This document shows, in pieces, positions 8,297 through 18,087 of a DNA stretch of 64,000 bases. The notes under the pieces were generated by a model. That model did no database searches and was not told the DNA's origin. It worked only from the letters and a program-made list of their open reading frames with translations. The DNA comes from Corallococcus silvisoli. GTDB lineage: Bacteria > Myxococcota > Myxococcia > Myxococcales > Myxococcaceae. The DNA is taken from contig NZ_JAAAPJ010000005.1 in NCBI RefSeq assembly GCF_009909145.1, forward strand, positions 400,470 through 464,469. The letters run 5' to 3'. The position numbers and the translations under genes were made by a program. The stretch's first letter is position 1; each line of letters starts with the position of its first letter.

Positions 8297-10227
8297 GCGT
8301 TGGCCTCGGCCTCGGGCGGCGTGAGCGGCCCCAGGTGCCGCTCCAGGAACCGCCGCATGAAGGCAGGACGCTGGATCGCCGTCTCGCGCACCCACGCGAG
8401 GTTCAACCGCCAGGCCTCCATGGAGGCCGGCTGGCTCCAGCGCGCCACGTGGCCAGGCATCTCCGGCTCCAGGTCCGCGGCGGCCGCATCCAGATAGGCC
8501 GTCACCCGCTCCGCGGTGAAGGTGTGGTCCAGGTGCCAGAGGAAGCGCTCGATGAAGCGGGCCTTGAACTCCGGTGACCGGAGCAGCCGCCGCAGGAGGA
8601 CGACGGACCATGCCTCCAACGTCGGGTCCTCCAGCACGCGGCCCAGGCTGTCGAAGTCCGGGCCCGAGTGCAGGGCGAAGTCCAGGTCATACACGAGCCA
8701 GCGCCAGCGGCCGTCCTGCCCGTAGGGCGCCCCCGGCGCGTACGCCTTCGTGCGCAGCCGCCAGAACTTCACGTTGTTCTCCGGCCAGTCCTCGTTGCCC
8801 AGGTACAGCTGCGCGACCTGGTAGTCGATGAAGTCATCCACGTCCATCCGCGTCCCCACCCAGGCGTAGTTCGCCGGGATGGCCGGGTCGTTCGCCTGGA
8901 CGTAGTCGATGAGGTCCAGGTAGTGCTGCTCGTCGCCCGCCTCGCCGACGTTCACCTCCCCGAACCGCTCCAGGATGACGACCTTCTTGCGGTCCACGCC
9001 GTAGTGCGACGCGAGGTAGTACTCGTCATAGCGCTCGCGCAGCTCGTGCAGGCCCCAGTACTCGCCGTCGAAGAACACCAGCGTGGGCCGGCACGGCTGG
9101 AGCGCCAGCCGCGTTTCGGCGAGCAGCCGCTGCAACGCGCAGTCGCGAAGCTTCGTGTCGCCCTGGTCCTGCCCGGACGTGCGCACCAGCAACCGCGTGA
9201 AGTCCGTCACCGTGGAGCCGGGGAACACCGCGCCGGAGAACGTCTTCGGCCCGTACTCCTCCTTCGCGTACAGGCGCAGGCTCTTCTGCGGCAGCACGGC
9301 GCTGCCGGAGCCGTGGATGCGCACCCCGGCGTCCTGCGCGAAGACGCGCGCGCCCGTGGCTTCGAACCACTCCACGTAGACGGGCCGCTCCCACTCCTTG
9401 CCGTCCTGCATGTAGTTGCCCGCCCCCGGGTCACCGGGGCTCGCCTCGGAGATGCGGCCGGGGACGTAGATGCCCCGCTCCGCGTCGAAGAAGTTCGCCG
9501 CGTCGGTGACCAGCGACAGCACCGGGAGCGTGTACGGCGTCCGTCCAATCAGGAACGTGCGCGTGGACACGGGCCCCACCGGCACCGTCCCCACGTATTG
9601 CTGGTAGCGCACCACCGTGGCCTGCGGCACCACCTCCAGCGGCGCGGCCCACCGGGAACCCTCGGGGGCGCTCACCGGCGTCGTGGGGACATAGGCCCAG
9701 GTCACCGGCGTCGTGGGACGGGGCAGCAGCACCAGGGGCCCCGTGTAGAGCGGGGACTCGGGCGTGGGCAGGGAGCCGTCCAGCGTGAAGTTCGTCCGCA
9801 CGCCCCGCGTCGTGGGCAGCGTCAGCAGCGCCTCCTGCTGATAGAGGCCGGGCCGCGCGTCGAACGCGAGGTGCTGGAAGTCGACGCGGGCCCGCGACTC
9901 GACGCCCTGACGGTCCTTCGCCACCACCTCCACCGCCAGCGCCCGTCGGCCCGGCCACCAGGGCAGGCTCCACCGGCCGGCCTCCACGTCGGCATAGCCC
10001 AGGAAGCGCCCGTCCTCGTACACCTCCACCCGGGGCACCCCCGCATCGCTCCACACCGTGCCGGACAGCCGGTGCGTGTCCACCGCGTGCCCTTCGATGG
10101 TGACGTACGGCCGCGCGGGCGGGGGAAGCTCCGCCTCCGAGACGCGCCGCTCCGGTTCGGGTCCACAGGCGGACCCGCTAAGGACGAGGAGACCTACGAG
10201 CAGGGACGGGAGGTATCGGAAGCCCAT
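8290..10227 (-). CDS. CotH-family protein (atypical kinase fold, spore-coat protein H-like), exported/lipoprotein.
   Basis: N-terminal signal/lipobox-like LSGSAC. CotH-like conserved stretches (LHELRERYDEYYLASHYG, WLVYDLDFAL). ~645 aa. Confidence 0.75.
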   Translation of the reverse strand: MGFRYLPSLLVGLLVLSGSACGPEPERRVSEAELPPPARPYVTIEGHAVDTHRLSGTVWSDAGVPRVEVYEDGRFLGYADVEAGRWSLPWWPGRRALAVEVVAKDRQGVESRARVDFQHLAFDARPGLYQQEALLTLPTTRGVRTNFTLDGSLPTPESPLYTGPLVLLPRPTTPVTWAYVPTTPVSAPEGSRWAAPLEVVPQATVVRYQQYVGTVPVGPVSTRTFLIGRTPYTLPVLSLVTDAANFFDAERGIYVPGRISEASPGDPGAGNYMQDGKEWERPVYVEWFEATGARVFAQDAGVRIHGSGSAVLPQKSLRLYAKEEYGPKTFSGAVFPGSTVTDFTRLLVRTSGQDQGDTKLRDCALQRLLAETRLALQPCRPTLVFFDGEYWGLHELRERYDEYYLASHYGVDRKKVVILERFGEVNVGEAGDEQHYLDLIDYVQANDPAIPANYAWVGTRMDVDDFIDYQVAQLYLGNEDWPENNVKFWRLRTKAYAPGAPYGQDGRWRWLVYDLDFALHSGPDFDSLGRVLEDPTLEAWSVVLLRRLLRSPEFKARFIERFLWHLDHTFTAERVTAYLDAAAADLEPEMPGHVARWSQPASMEAWRLNLAWVRETAIQRPAFMRRFLERHLGPLTPPEAEANAQ

Positions 10228-10306
10228 GATTGGCTCCGTCCTCTATCAAAGAATCATTTGACCTCCCATCGCCCTGTGACACGACGCGGTGGAAGGGCGC
10301 CAACGC

Positions 10307-11038
10307 CTAGGGGGCGGGCGCGACGGGCTCCAGCAGGCCATGCTTCTGGAGGAGCGCGGCCAGCGCGGGGGGGGCGAGCATCCAGTCCTCGCGGGTGGGC
10401 ACCCATCGCACCGGGGCGTGAGCGGCGGCGAGCCGGGCGTTCACCTCCGCGATCATCGGGGCGAAGGTGGGCTGGGGCACATCCCAGCTCCCCACGCCGG
10501 CCTGGACCTCCACAGCGCCGGGCTCCACGCGCACGGCGGGCTGGCCCTGCACGGGCTGCACGGCGAAGCCCGGGAGGTAGGGCTGCATGGCGGCGGAGAG
10601 CCGCTCCAGCAGGGAGGGGTCCTCGAAGGGGTGGGCGCCCTCCCAGTCGAAGAAGGTGGGCAGCTGCGCCTGGAGCTCGTCGCGCAGCGGATCCTCGCGG
10701 CTGTCGCGCCAGGAGTGCTCGGCCAGGAAGCGGGCTTCATGGGGGATGCGGATCTCCCAGCGCTCCAGGAGCGCGAGCAGCTCCGCCACGCGCTCCACCT
10801 CCTCCCACGGGGGCTCCACGCGCTGAAGCCAGGACACCTCCGACACCGTCTGGCCCCGGCGCAGGCCCGTCACGCGGTCCCCCTTGCGCAGCTGGAAGGG
10901 GGGCGCGTGGGTGAACTCCGGATCCGGGTAGAGGGCGGTGTGGAGCACCCCGTCGCCCGGCGCGGGCGCGTCCGGGCGCAGCCGCGCGAAGCCGTGCTTC
11001 GGGTTGATCTCCTCGACGGTGAACGTCTCCTGGGCCAT
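10307..11038 (-). CDS. Hypothetical cytoplasmic protein.
   Basis: GC3-biased ORF. Start taken at MAQETFTV, 28 nt downstream of the ppc stop. No recognised domain. Confidence 0.5.
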   Translation of the reverse strand: MAQETFTVEEINPKHGFARLRPDAPAPGDGVLHTALYPDPEFTHAPPFQLRKGDRVTGLRRGQTVSEVSWLQRVEPPWEEVERVAELLALLERWEIRIPHEARFLAEHSWRDSREDPLRDELQAQLPTFFDWEGAHPFEDPSLLERLSAAMQPYLPGFAVQPVQGQPAVRVEPGAVEVQAGVGSWDVPQPTFAPMIAEVNARLAAAHAPVRWVPTREDWMLAPPALAALLQKHGLLEPVAPAP

Positions 11039-11066
11039 GGTCCGCGCGCTCCTGTGTCGCCCTTGT

Positions 11067-13736
11067 CTAACCGGTGTTCCGCATCCCCGCAGCAATGCCG
11101 TTGAGCGCCAGGAGCAGCGGGCGGTCGCACTCCGCGTCCCCGTCGCGCTTGCGCTTGAGCAGCTCCACCTGGAGGAAGGACATCGGGTCCACGTAGGGGT
11201 TGCGCAGCGCGATGCTCCGCTGCAACTGCGGATTGTTGTCCAGGAGCTTCGCCTCGCCGGTCAGCGACTTCACCGCGCGGCGCGTGCGCGCGTGCTCCTG
11301 CTGGATGCGCAGCCACAGGGGCCGCGTGGACGCGGGGGCCAGCTTCGCGTACCGCGCCGCGATGGCCATGTCCGTCTTCGCCAGCACCATGGTCACGTTG
11401 TCGATGACCGTGTGGAAGAAGGGCCACTCCTTGTACATGCGCTGCAAGAGCGCCGCGCCCTCGGGGGTGGCCGCGTAGGACTCCAGCGCGCTGCCCACGC
11501 CGTACCAGGCCGGGAGGATGGCGCGCGTCTGCGTCCAGGCGAAGCTCCAGGGGATCGCGCGCAGCGTCTCCAGCCCGCCCGCCTTGCGCTTGCTGGGGCG
11601 TGAGCCGATGGGCAGCGCGGCGATCTCCTCCACCGGCGTGCCCGTCATGAAGAACTCCACGAAGCGCGGGTCGTCCCACACGAGCGACCGGTACGCCTGA
11701 CGGCCCGACTCCGCGAGCACGTCGAACGCGGCGCGGAAGGCCGACTCGTCCTCGGGGGACGGGCGCGGCTGCGCGTCGAGCGTGTGCAGGAGCACGCCGC
11801 CCAGCACGAGCTCCAGCGTGCGCTGCGTGAGCTCCGGGCGCGCGTACTTGTGGTCCATCGCCTCGCCCTGCTCCGTGGCCTTGTAGGCCCCGGCCACCGT
11901 GCCCGGCGGCAGCGCGAGGATGGCCGTCTGCGCGGGGCCGCCGCCGCGCGCCACCGTCTCCCCCCGGCCGTGGAACAGGCGCAGGGGCACCTCGGCCTCG
12001 TCCGCCACCTGGGTGAGCGCCACCTGGGCGCGGTACAGCGCGGCGCTCGCGGCGAGCAGGCCCACCTCCTTGCCGGAGTCGCTGTAGCCCACCATCACCT
12101 CCTGCACGCCCCGGCCCTTCAGGTGCTGGCGGTACTCCGGGTGCGCGAACAGCTGGCGCAGCACGTCGGGCCCGCCATCCAGCGCGCCCAGCTGCTCGAA
12201 GAGCGGCGCCACGTCCACGGTGGCGCACTGGCGCTCCGCGTCCCAGAGCCCCGCGTGCTTCAGGCACTGGAAGGCCGCCAGGACGTCCTCCGCCGTGGAG
12301 GCCATGGAGAGGATGAGGGTGCGGCAGACGGACTCGCCGCCCTCGTCCTGGCCCTCGCGAAGCCGCTTCAGCACGTCCAGCAGCCGCTGGCCCCCCTCGG
12401 AGGGAGGCGGTCCCCCGGCGATGGAGGCCGCCGCGCTCACCGCGTCCTCCGCGGGGACGCGCACCTCCAGCTCGCCCAGGCCCAGGCCCAGCGCGCGGAC
12501 GCGCTCGGACATGCGGCGCACCTCGCGCAGCCCGGCGTGCTCGGCGCGGGCCGCGAAGAGCGACCGCTCCAGCACCGCCAGGTCGTCGCCCAGGGCCTCC
12601 GGAGAGCGGTAGGCGCCCGGCGCGAGCGTGGACGCCCTCCCCTCACGCCGGGCCAGCACGTGCTTGAGGGCCAGCGACAGCCGCTCCTCCATGAAGCGCA
12701 GCTTGCGCCGCCACGGCTCGCCCAGCGTGCGCGGCCCCTGCTGCTTCGCCACCTCCGGCAGCGCCTTCGCGTCCTCCTCCAGCGACCGCTCCAGCTCCTG
12801 GGTGGGGCGCGCGTGCCGCTCCGACTGCGACAGCATCCCCCCCAGCCGCTCCACGTCGCGCAGCAGCAGCCGCAGGCCCCGGGCCCGGTGCGCGCGCAGC
12901 GTGTCCGCGAACACGTCGGGCGTCACCAGCGGGTTGCCGTCCATGTCGCCGCCCACCCACGAGTGCACGCGGACGGGCGTGTCCAGCGCGCCCAGGGGCT
13001 CGCCGTAGGCGCGCTCGAAGGCCCAGTCCAGCGCCTCCGGCAGCCGGGACACCGGCTCCGCCAGCATCTCCTCCACGTACCAGTGGACGTTCTTCACCTC
13101 GTCACCCACGGTGGGGCGCTCGCGGCGCAGCTCGTCCGTCTGCCAGAGCGCGGTGATCTCCTCGCGCATGGACGACAGGTTCGCGGCCGCCTCGCGCGGG
13201 GTGAGCGCGCACCGGTCGCGCTCTTCCAAGAGCTGCGCCAGCCGATAGAGCTTCTCCAGCAGCGTGCGCCGGACCGCCTGCGTCGGGTGCGCGGTGAACG
13301 TCAGCGTCACCTTCAGCGTCCCCAGCGTCTCGCGCACCTTGTCCGCGCCCACCCCCGCGGCCCTCAGCGCGAGGAGCGTCGCCTCCAGCGACCCCTTCTG
13401 GGGCCGGGTGGCGGTGGGGCTCGCGTGGGCCCGCGCGCGGCGGATGCGGTGGTGCTGCTCCGCCAGGTTCACCAGCTGGAAGTAGACGGAGAAGGCGCGC
13501 AGCACCGGCTCCACCTGCTCCGAGGGCAGCCGCCGCAACACCGCCGCCAGCTCCGCCGCCGCGGCGCGCCGCCCCGCCACCGGCCCCCGCCGGCGCTGGA
13601 TGGCCAGCTGGCGGACCTCCTCCTCTTTCTCGAACAGGGCCTGCCCCTCCTGTTCGACCAGCACCTCACCCAGAAGCCGGCCCAGGAGCCGGACATCCCG
13701 CCGCAGCGGGGGATCCACGGGACGTGTACGCGCCAT
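11067..13736 (-). CDS. ppc: Phosphoenolpyruvate carboxylase.
   Basis: 889 aa. PEPC signatures VNLAEQHHRIRR and FHGRGETVARGGGP. C-terminal ...NTG. Confidence 0.9.
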   Translation of the reverse strand: MARTRPVDPPLRRDVRLLGRLLGEVLVEQEGQALFEKEEEVRQLAIQRRRGPVAGRRAAAAELAAVLRRLPSEQVEPVLRAFSVYFQLVNLAEQHHRIRRARAHASPTATRPQKGSLEATLLALRAAGVGADKVRETLGTLKVTLTFTAHPTQAVRRTLLEKLYRLAQLLEERDRCALTPREAAANLSSMREEITALWQTDELRRERPTVGDEVKNVHWYVEEMLAEPVSRLPEALDWAFERAYGEPLGALDTPVRVHSWVGGDMDGNPLVTPDVFADTLRAHRARGLRLLLRDVERLGGMLSQSERHARPTQELERSLEEDAKALPEVAKQQGPRTLGEPWRRKLRFMEERLSLALKHVLARREGRASTLAPGAYRSPEALGDDLAVLERSLFAARAEHAGLREVRRMSERVRALGLGLGELEVRVPAEDAVSAAASIAGGPPPSEGGQRLLDVLKRLREGQDEGGESVCRTLILSMASTAEDVLAAFQCLKHAGLWDAERQCATVDVAPLFEQLGALDGGPDVLRQLFAHPEYRQHLKGRGVQEVMVGYSDSGKEVGLLAASAALYRAQVALTQVADEAEVPLRLFHGRGETVARGGGPAQTAILALPPGTVAGAYKATEQGEAMDHKYARPELTQRTLELVLGGVLLHTLDAQPRPSPEDESAFRAAFDVLAESGRQAYRSLVWDDPRFVEFFMTGTPVEEIAALPIGSRPSKRKAGGLETLRAIPWSFAWTQTRAILPAWYGVGSALESYAATPEGAALLQRMYKEWPFFHTVIDNVTMVLAKTDMAIAARYAKLAPASTRPLWLRIQQEHARTRRAVKSLTGEAKLLDNNPQLQRSIALRNPYVDPMSFLQVELLKRKRDGDAECDRPLLLALNGIAAGMRNTG

Positions 13737-13885
13737 AGCGGAGCGGAACCGTAGTCCCTCGCCCTGCCCTCGCCCCTACCCATTCTTCGACTTCCGCCGT
13801 CCACCAACGGATCACCCGCTCCGTCCTTGCAGGAAAAATTTAATGTCCCCGTCTTCCAAAACTCCCATGTCTTCCACTAGAAACA

Positions 13886-13929
13886 GGGGCATCCCGGACC
13901 CGCCGGGATGCCCGTCTTCAACATCTTGA
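13886..13929 (+). promoter_or_regulatory. Two adjacent perfect palindromes in the 5' leader of the M6 protease gene: GGGCATCCCGG-ACCCG-CCGGGATGCCC (13886-13912) and TTCAA-CATC-TTGAA (13916-13929).
   Basis: Read directly in the sequence. Located 11-55 nt upstream of the ATG at 13940. An unusually AT-rich tract (caggaaaaatttaatg, ~13835-13855) lies just upstream and is probably the -10 region. Confidence 0.5.
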
Positions 13930-13939
13930 AGGAGTCGCC

Positions 13940-16288
13940 ATGCGGAAACCCCCATCCTGGCTTGCGTGGAGCCTGCTCGCGCTCGCGGCGCCGTCGGCCT
14001 ACGCGGAGCGTGCGTGGTACGAGAAGCCGCAGCCTGACGTCGCGCCGAAGACGAAGTCCTTGCGCGCCGCGGCGGAGGACATCTCCGACGACCTGCCCCA
14101 CACGCTGGGCGAGCAGCAGAAGGAGCTCAAGGCCCAGGCGCTGAAGGAGCGCATCGAGGGCAACGTTCAGCCCGGCAAGGTGCACAAGCTGGCGAACGGC
14201 AAGTTCGTGGAGCTGGAGCTGGAGCGCACGGACCGCATCTTCGTGATCCTGGTGGAGTTCGGGACGCAGATCCACCCGGTGTTCGGCAACCCCACCACCA
14301 ACCCGGGCGGCAACGTGCCCGGCCCGCTGCACAACGCGATCCCCGCGCCGAACCGCGCGGTGGACAACACCTCCATCTGGCAGCCGGACTACGACCGCGC
14401 GCACTTCGAGAAGCTGTACTTCGACGCGACGCCGGGCGCGGACTCGGTGGCCAACTTCTACCGGACCGCGTCGTCCGGGCGCTACACCGTGAACGGCGTG
14501 GTGTCCGAGTGGGTGAAGGTGCCGTACAACGAAGCCCGCTACGGCAACAACCTGTGCGGCAGCTCCAGCTGCTCCAACTCCATCTGGCCGCTCGTCAGCG
14601 ACGCCATCAAGGTGTGGACGCAGGATCAGATCGCCGCTGGCAAGACGCCCGCGGAGATCAAGGCGTACCTGGACACGTTCGACACGTGGGACCGGTATGA
14701 CTACGACGGCGACGGCGACTTCAACGAGCCGGACGGCTACATCGACCACTTCCAGATCGTCCACGCCGGCATGGGTGAGGAAGTGGGCGGCGGCGCGCAG
14801 GGCCCCAACGCCATCTGGAGCCACCGCTGGTTCGCCTACAGCACCGGCACGGGCCCGGACGGCCAGGGCCCGGCCTGGAACAAGCGCGGCGGCACGCGCT
14901 TCGCGGCCAACGTGGACAAGTGGGTGGGCGACTACACCATTCAGCCGGAGAACGGCGGCCTGGGCGTGTTCGCGCACGAGTACGGCCACGACCTGGGTCT
15001 GCCGGACCACTACGACACGACGAACGCGGCGGACAACGGGACGGGCTTCTGGACCATCATGTCGTCCGGTTCGTACCTGAACGACGGCACGACGGACATC
15101 GGCAGCCGGCCGGGTGACTTCTTCGCCTGGGACAAGCTGCAGCTGGGCTGGCTGGACTACGCCACCACGAGCGCGGGCCTGTACTCGTACCACAAGCTGG
15201 GCCCCGCGGAGGTGACGTCGCAGAACGCGAAGCAGGCGCTGCTGGTGAAGCTGCCCGGCAAGCCCCGCCCGCAGCCCACCACCGCGCCCTTCGAGGGGCA
15301 GTTCGCGTGGCAGGGCGGCCAGGGCAACAACCTGGATCGCGTGCTCGTGAAGACGGTGAAGCTGCCGAACAAGACGCCCATCACGTTCTCGTTCCAGACG
15401 TGGTTCGACATCGAGGAGGACTGGGACTACGCCTACGTCGCGCTGTCGGTGGAGGGCGGCCCGTTCGTCAACCTGCCCAGCGCGGTGAGCCGGGCCACGA
15501 ACCCCTATGGCAACAACCTGGGCAACGGCATCACCGGCACGTCCAACGGTTGGACGCCGCTGGAGTTCGACCTGTCCGCCCACGCGGGCAAGACGGTCAC
15601 GCTGAAGATCCGCTACAAGACGGATAGCGCGGAGTTCGGCAAGGGCTTCCTGGTCGACTACTTCCAGCTGTGGGCGAAGAACAAGTACGTCTTCGGTGAT
15701 GACGCGGAGTGGGGCGCCAAGTGGTGGGACGAGAGCACGTTCTTCCCCACGGACGGCACCAACACCTTCTACGATCACTACTACCTGGCCGAGTGGCGTC
15801 AGTTCCGCGGCTACGACGAGACGCTGGAGACGGGCCCGTACAACTACGGGTTCAGCGCGGACGGCCTGCCCAAGTACGCGGAGCGCTACGCCTACAACCC
15901 CGGCCTGCTGGTCACCTACTGGGACACGTCCATGAGCGACAACCGCGTGTCCGTGCACCCGGGTGAGGGCCGCATCCTACCCATCGACGCGCGCCCGGTG
16001 CCCCTGCAGCTCACCAACGGCCGCTTCTGGTCCGGCCGCGTGCAGACGCACGACGCGACGTTCGGCCTGCAGCCCAGCTTCCCGCTGTCGCTCAAGCCCA
16101 ACGGCCTGCCGCGCGAGGAGTACCCGTCGCAGCCCGCGGTGCCGGTGTTCAACGACACCAACACCTTCTGGTACGCCGCGCAGCCGTACGCCGGCGTGAA
16201 GGTGCCGCCCACGGGCACCATCATCGAGGTCCTGAGCGAGAACAAGAACCAGACCGTGATGCAGGTCCAGGTGCGCCCGGTCGAGTGA
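13940..16288 (+). CDS. Secreted M6-family metalloprotease (immune inhibitor A-like).
   Basis: Signal peptide ...APSAYA. HEYGHDLGLPDHYD zinc-binding HExxH region characteristic of M6/InhA. 782 aa. Confidence 0.85.
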   Translation: MRKPPSWLAWSLLALAAPSAYAERAWYEKPQPDVAPKTKSLRAAAEDISDDLPHTLGEQQKELKAQALKERIEGNVQPGKVHKLANGKFVELELERTDRIFVILVEFGTQIHPVFGNPTTNPGGNVPGPLHNAIPAPNRAVDNTSIWQPDYDRAHFEKLYFDATPGADSVANFYRTASSGRYTVNGVVSEWVKVPYNEARYGNNLCGSSSCSNSIWPLVSDAIKVWTQDQIAAGKTPAEIKAYLDTFDTWDRYDYDGDGDFNEPDGYIDHFQIVHAGMGEEVGGGAQGPNAIWSHRWFAYSTGTGPDGQGPAWNKRGGTRFAANVDKWVGDYTIQPENGGLGVFAHEYGHDLGLPDHYDTTNAADNGTGFWTIMSSGSYLNDGTTDIGSRPGDFFAWDKLQLGWLDYATTSAGLYSYHKLGPAEVTSQNAKQALLVKLPGKPRPQPTTAPFEGQFAWQGGQGNNLDRVLVKTVKLPNKTPITFSFQTWFDIEEDWDYAYVALSVEGGPFVNLPSAVSRATNPYGNNLGNGITGTSNGWTPLEFDLSAHAGKTVTLKIRYKTDSAEFGKGFLVDYFQLWAKNKYVFGDDAEWGAKWWDESTFFPTDGTNTFYDHYYLAEWRQFRGYDETLETGPYNYGFSADGLPKYAERYAYNPGLLVTYWDTSMSDNRVSVHPGEGRILPIDARPVPLQLTNGRFWSGRVQTHDATFGLQPSFPLSLKPNGLPREEYPSQPAVPVFNDTNTFWYAAQPYAGVKVPPTGTIIEVLSENKNQTVMQVQVRPVE

Positions 16289-16317
16289 GCGCCTGACGAA
16301 GGTCGCTGATGCTTGAA

Positions 16318-16354
16318 GGAGGCCGGCTTCCGCTTCGACGCGGGGCCGGCCTCC
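16318..16354. terminator. Probable bidirectional terminator hairpin (10-bp GC stem GGAGGCCGGC / GCCGGCCTCC, 17-nt loop) between convergent genes.
   Basis: The inverted repeat lies between the M6 protease stop (16288) and the histidine kinase stop (16387). Confidence 0.5.
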
Positions 16355-16386
16355 GGTCGTTTCCGGGGGCCGTCACGGGCCAGCGC

Positions 16387-18078
16387 TCACGCCTTCGCGA
16401 GCGGCAGCTCCACGCCGAACGTCGCGCCCTCCCCCAGGCAGCTCTCCAGGGACACGCGCCCGCCCTCCGCCTCCACGATGGTGCGGGTGAGGTAGAGCCC
16501 CAGGCCCAGGCCGCCGTAGTGGCGCTCGGACACCGCGCGGCCGTAGCGCTCGAAGAGGCGGGGGCGCTGCTCCGGCGAGATGCCGATACCGCCATCGCGC
16601 ACGGTGAGCCGCGCCACCGGCCCCTCCACCGCGAGCCGCACGGACACCGGCGTGCCCGCGCCGTACTTGAGGGCGTTGTCCAGCAGGTGATCCAACACCT
16701 GCGCCAGTCGCGCGCGGTCGAAGCAGCCGCGCACCGACTCCGGGGCGTCCACGCTGAAGTCGCAGTGCTCCAGGGCGAAGCGCGGCGCGAACCGCTCGGA
16801 CACGTCGCGCACCAGGGCCGCGACGTCCACCTCCTCGCGCTGGAGGCGGAAGGTCCCGGCGCTGATGCGGGAGACGTCCAGCAGGTCGTTCATCAGCTCC
16901 GTGAGCCGGCGGACCTGGCGGTGCCCCACCTCCACATGGGATGCGATGATGGGCGCGAGCGGTGAATCCGGGTGCGACTTCAACGCGCGTGTGAGCGCCT
17001 GGAGCTTCAGGCTCAGCGGCGTCAGCGGCGTCTTCAGCTCGTGGCTCGCGACGGACAGGAACTCGTCGCGCAGGCGGACGGCCTCGCGCGCGCCTTGGAG
17101 CAGCCGCGCGTTGTCCACCGCGAGCGCGGCCAGGTTCGCCAGCTCCTGGGCGAACTGGCGGTCCTCGTCGCCGTAGCGGCGGCCGGACGTGGTGCTCAGG
17201 AAGGACAGCGCGCCCAGGATCTGACCGCGGGCCATCAACGGCACGGTGAGCAGCGACCGCGGGCCCACCCGCCGCAACAGCTCCAGGTGCTGCGCGTCCT
17301 GCGCCAACGCCTGCATCAGCGCGTCGGTGACGTCGGACGCGACGGTGGCATGTCCGGTCGCGAGCGCCACCGCGGGGGGAGAGACGGGCCGGTCGAGAGA
17401 CACCGGCGACAGCTGCCGCAAGGCGAACGCGAGCGGCGCCTGGGAGGCGTCCGCCGTCACCACCTGGGCCCGCTCGAAGTGTCCGTTGGGATGCAGCACG
17501 TCCACGATGCACCAATCCGCGAGCGCCGAAACGGACAGGTTCGCGAGCGAGGCCAGCGTGGTGGAGGCATCCATCGACGACGAGAACAGCTCGCCCGCCC
17601 GCGCGAGGAACGCGGCCCGCTCCTCGCCCAGCGCCTGGGCGTGGATGTCCACGCAGGTGCCCACCCACTCGCGCACGGCGCCGTCCGGCCCCAGCACCGG
17701 CGCGCCCCGGGCGAGCATCCACACGTACGCGCCATCCGCGCGGCGCAGCCGGTAGCGCGCGCAGAAGGGCGCCCGGGCGGCCACGGCCTTCTCCCACGCG
17801 GACCACGCCCCCGCCCGGTCATCCGGATGCACCGCCTGGAGCCAGCCCTGGTGCCGCATCTGCTCCGGCGTCTGTCCGGTGAAGGCCTTCCACGACGGCA
17901 GCAGCGCATCCGCTTCGTCGCGCGCGGGGTTCGACCAGGCGACCTGCGCCGCCGTGGCGAGCAGCAGGCGGAGCCGCTCCGACTCCTCGCGCAACTGGTC
18001 GAGCTCCGCCCGCGTCACGGCCTCCATCCCTTCAGGCGGCACGGCGGAACGCTGGGCATCCGAACCAAGGGACGTCAT
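16387..18078 (-). CDS. Cytoplasmic sensor histidine kinase (PAS + GAF + HisKA + HATPase_c).
   Basis: H-box SVASHELKTPLTP. G-boxes GGLGLGLYL. N-terminal PAS-like region (RYRLRRADGAYVWM) and GAF-like region. No TM segment. Confidence 0.8.
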   Translation of the reverse strand: MTSLGSDAQRSAVPPEGMEAVTRAELDQLREESERLRLLLATAAQVAWSNPARDEADALLPSWKAFTGQTPEQMRHQGWLQAVHPDDRAGAWSAWEKAVAARAPFCARYRLRRADGAYVWMLARGAPVLGPDGAVREWVGTCVDIHAQALGEERAAFLARAGELFSSSMDASTTLASLANLSVSALADWCIVDVLHPNGHFERAQVVTADASQAPLAFALRQLSPVSLDRPVSPPAVALATGHATVASDVTDALMQALAQDAQHLELLRRVGPRSLLTVPLMARGQILGALSFLSTTSGRRYGDEDRQFAQELANLAALAVDNARLLQGAREAVRLRDEFLSVASHELKTPLTPLSLKLQALTRALKSHPDSPLAPIIASHVEVGHRQVRRLTELMNDLLDVSRISAGTFRLQREEVDVAALVRDVSERFAPRFALEHCDFSVDAPESVRGCFDRARLAQVLDHLLDNALKYGAGTPVSVRLAVEGPVARLTVRDGGIGISPEQRPRLFERYGRAVSERHYGGLGLGLYLTRTIVEAEGGRVSLESCLGEGATFGVELPLAKA

Positions 18079-18087
18079 CGCGAGGAC

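Noticed and set aside
8668-13754. 748-aa (8668..10914 +) and 656-aa (11784..13754 +) ORFs, and 10870..12267 (-).
   Set aside because: They overlap CotH and ppc in antisense or alternate frames. Translations are dominated by R/G/A/P/H runs.
13877-15958. 693-aa minus-strand ORF opposite the M6 protease gene.
   Set aside because: Antisense to a gene with an unambiguous HExxH protease signature. No domain content.
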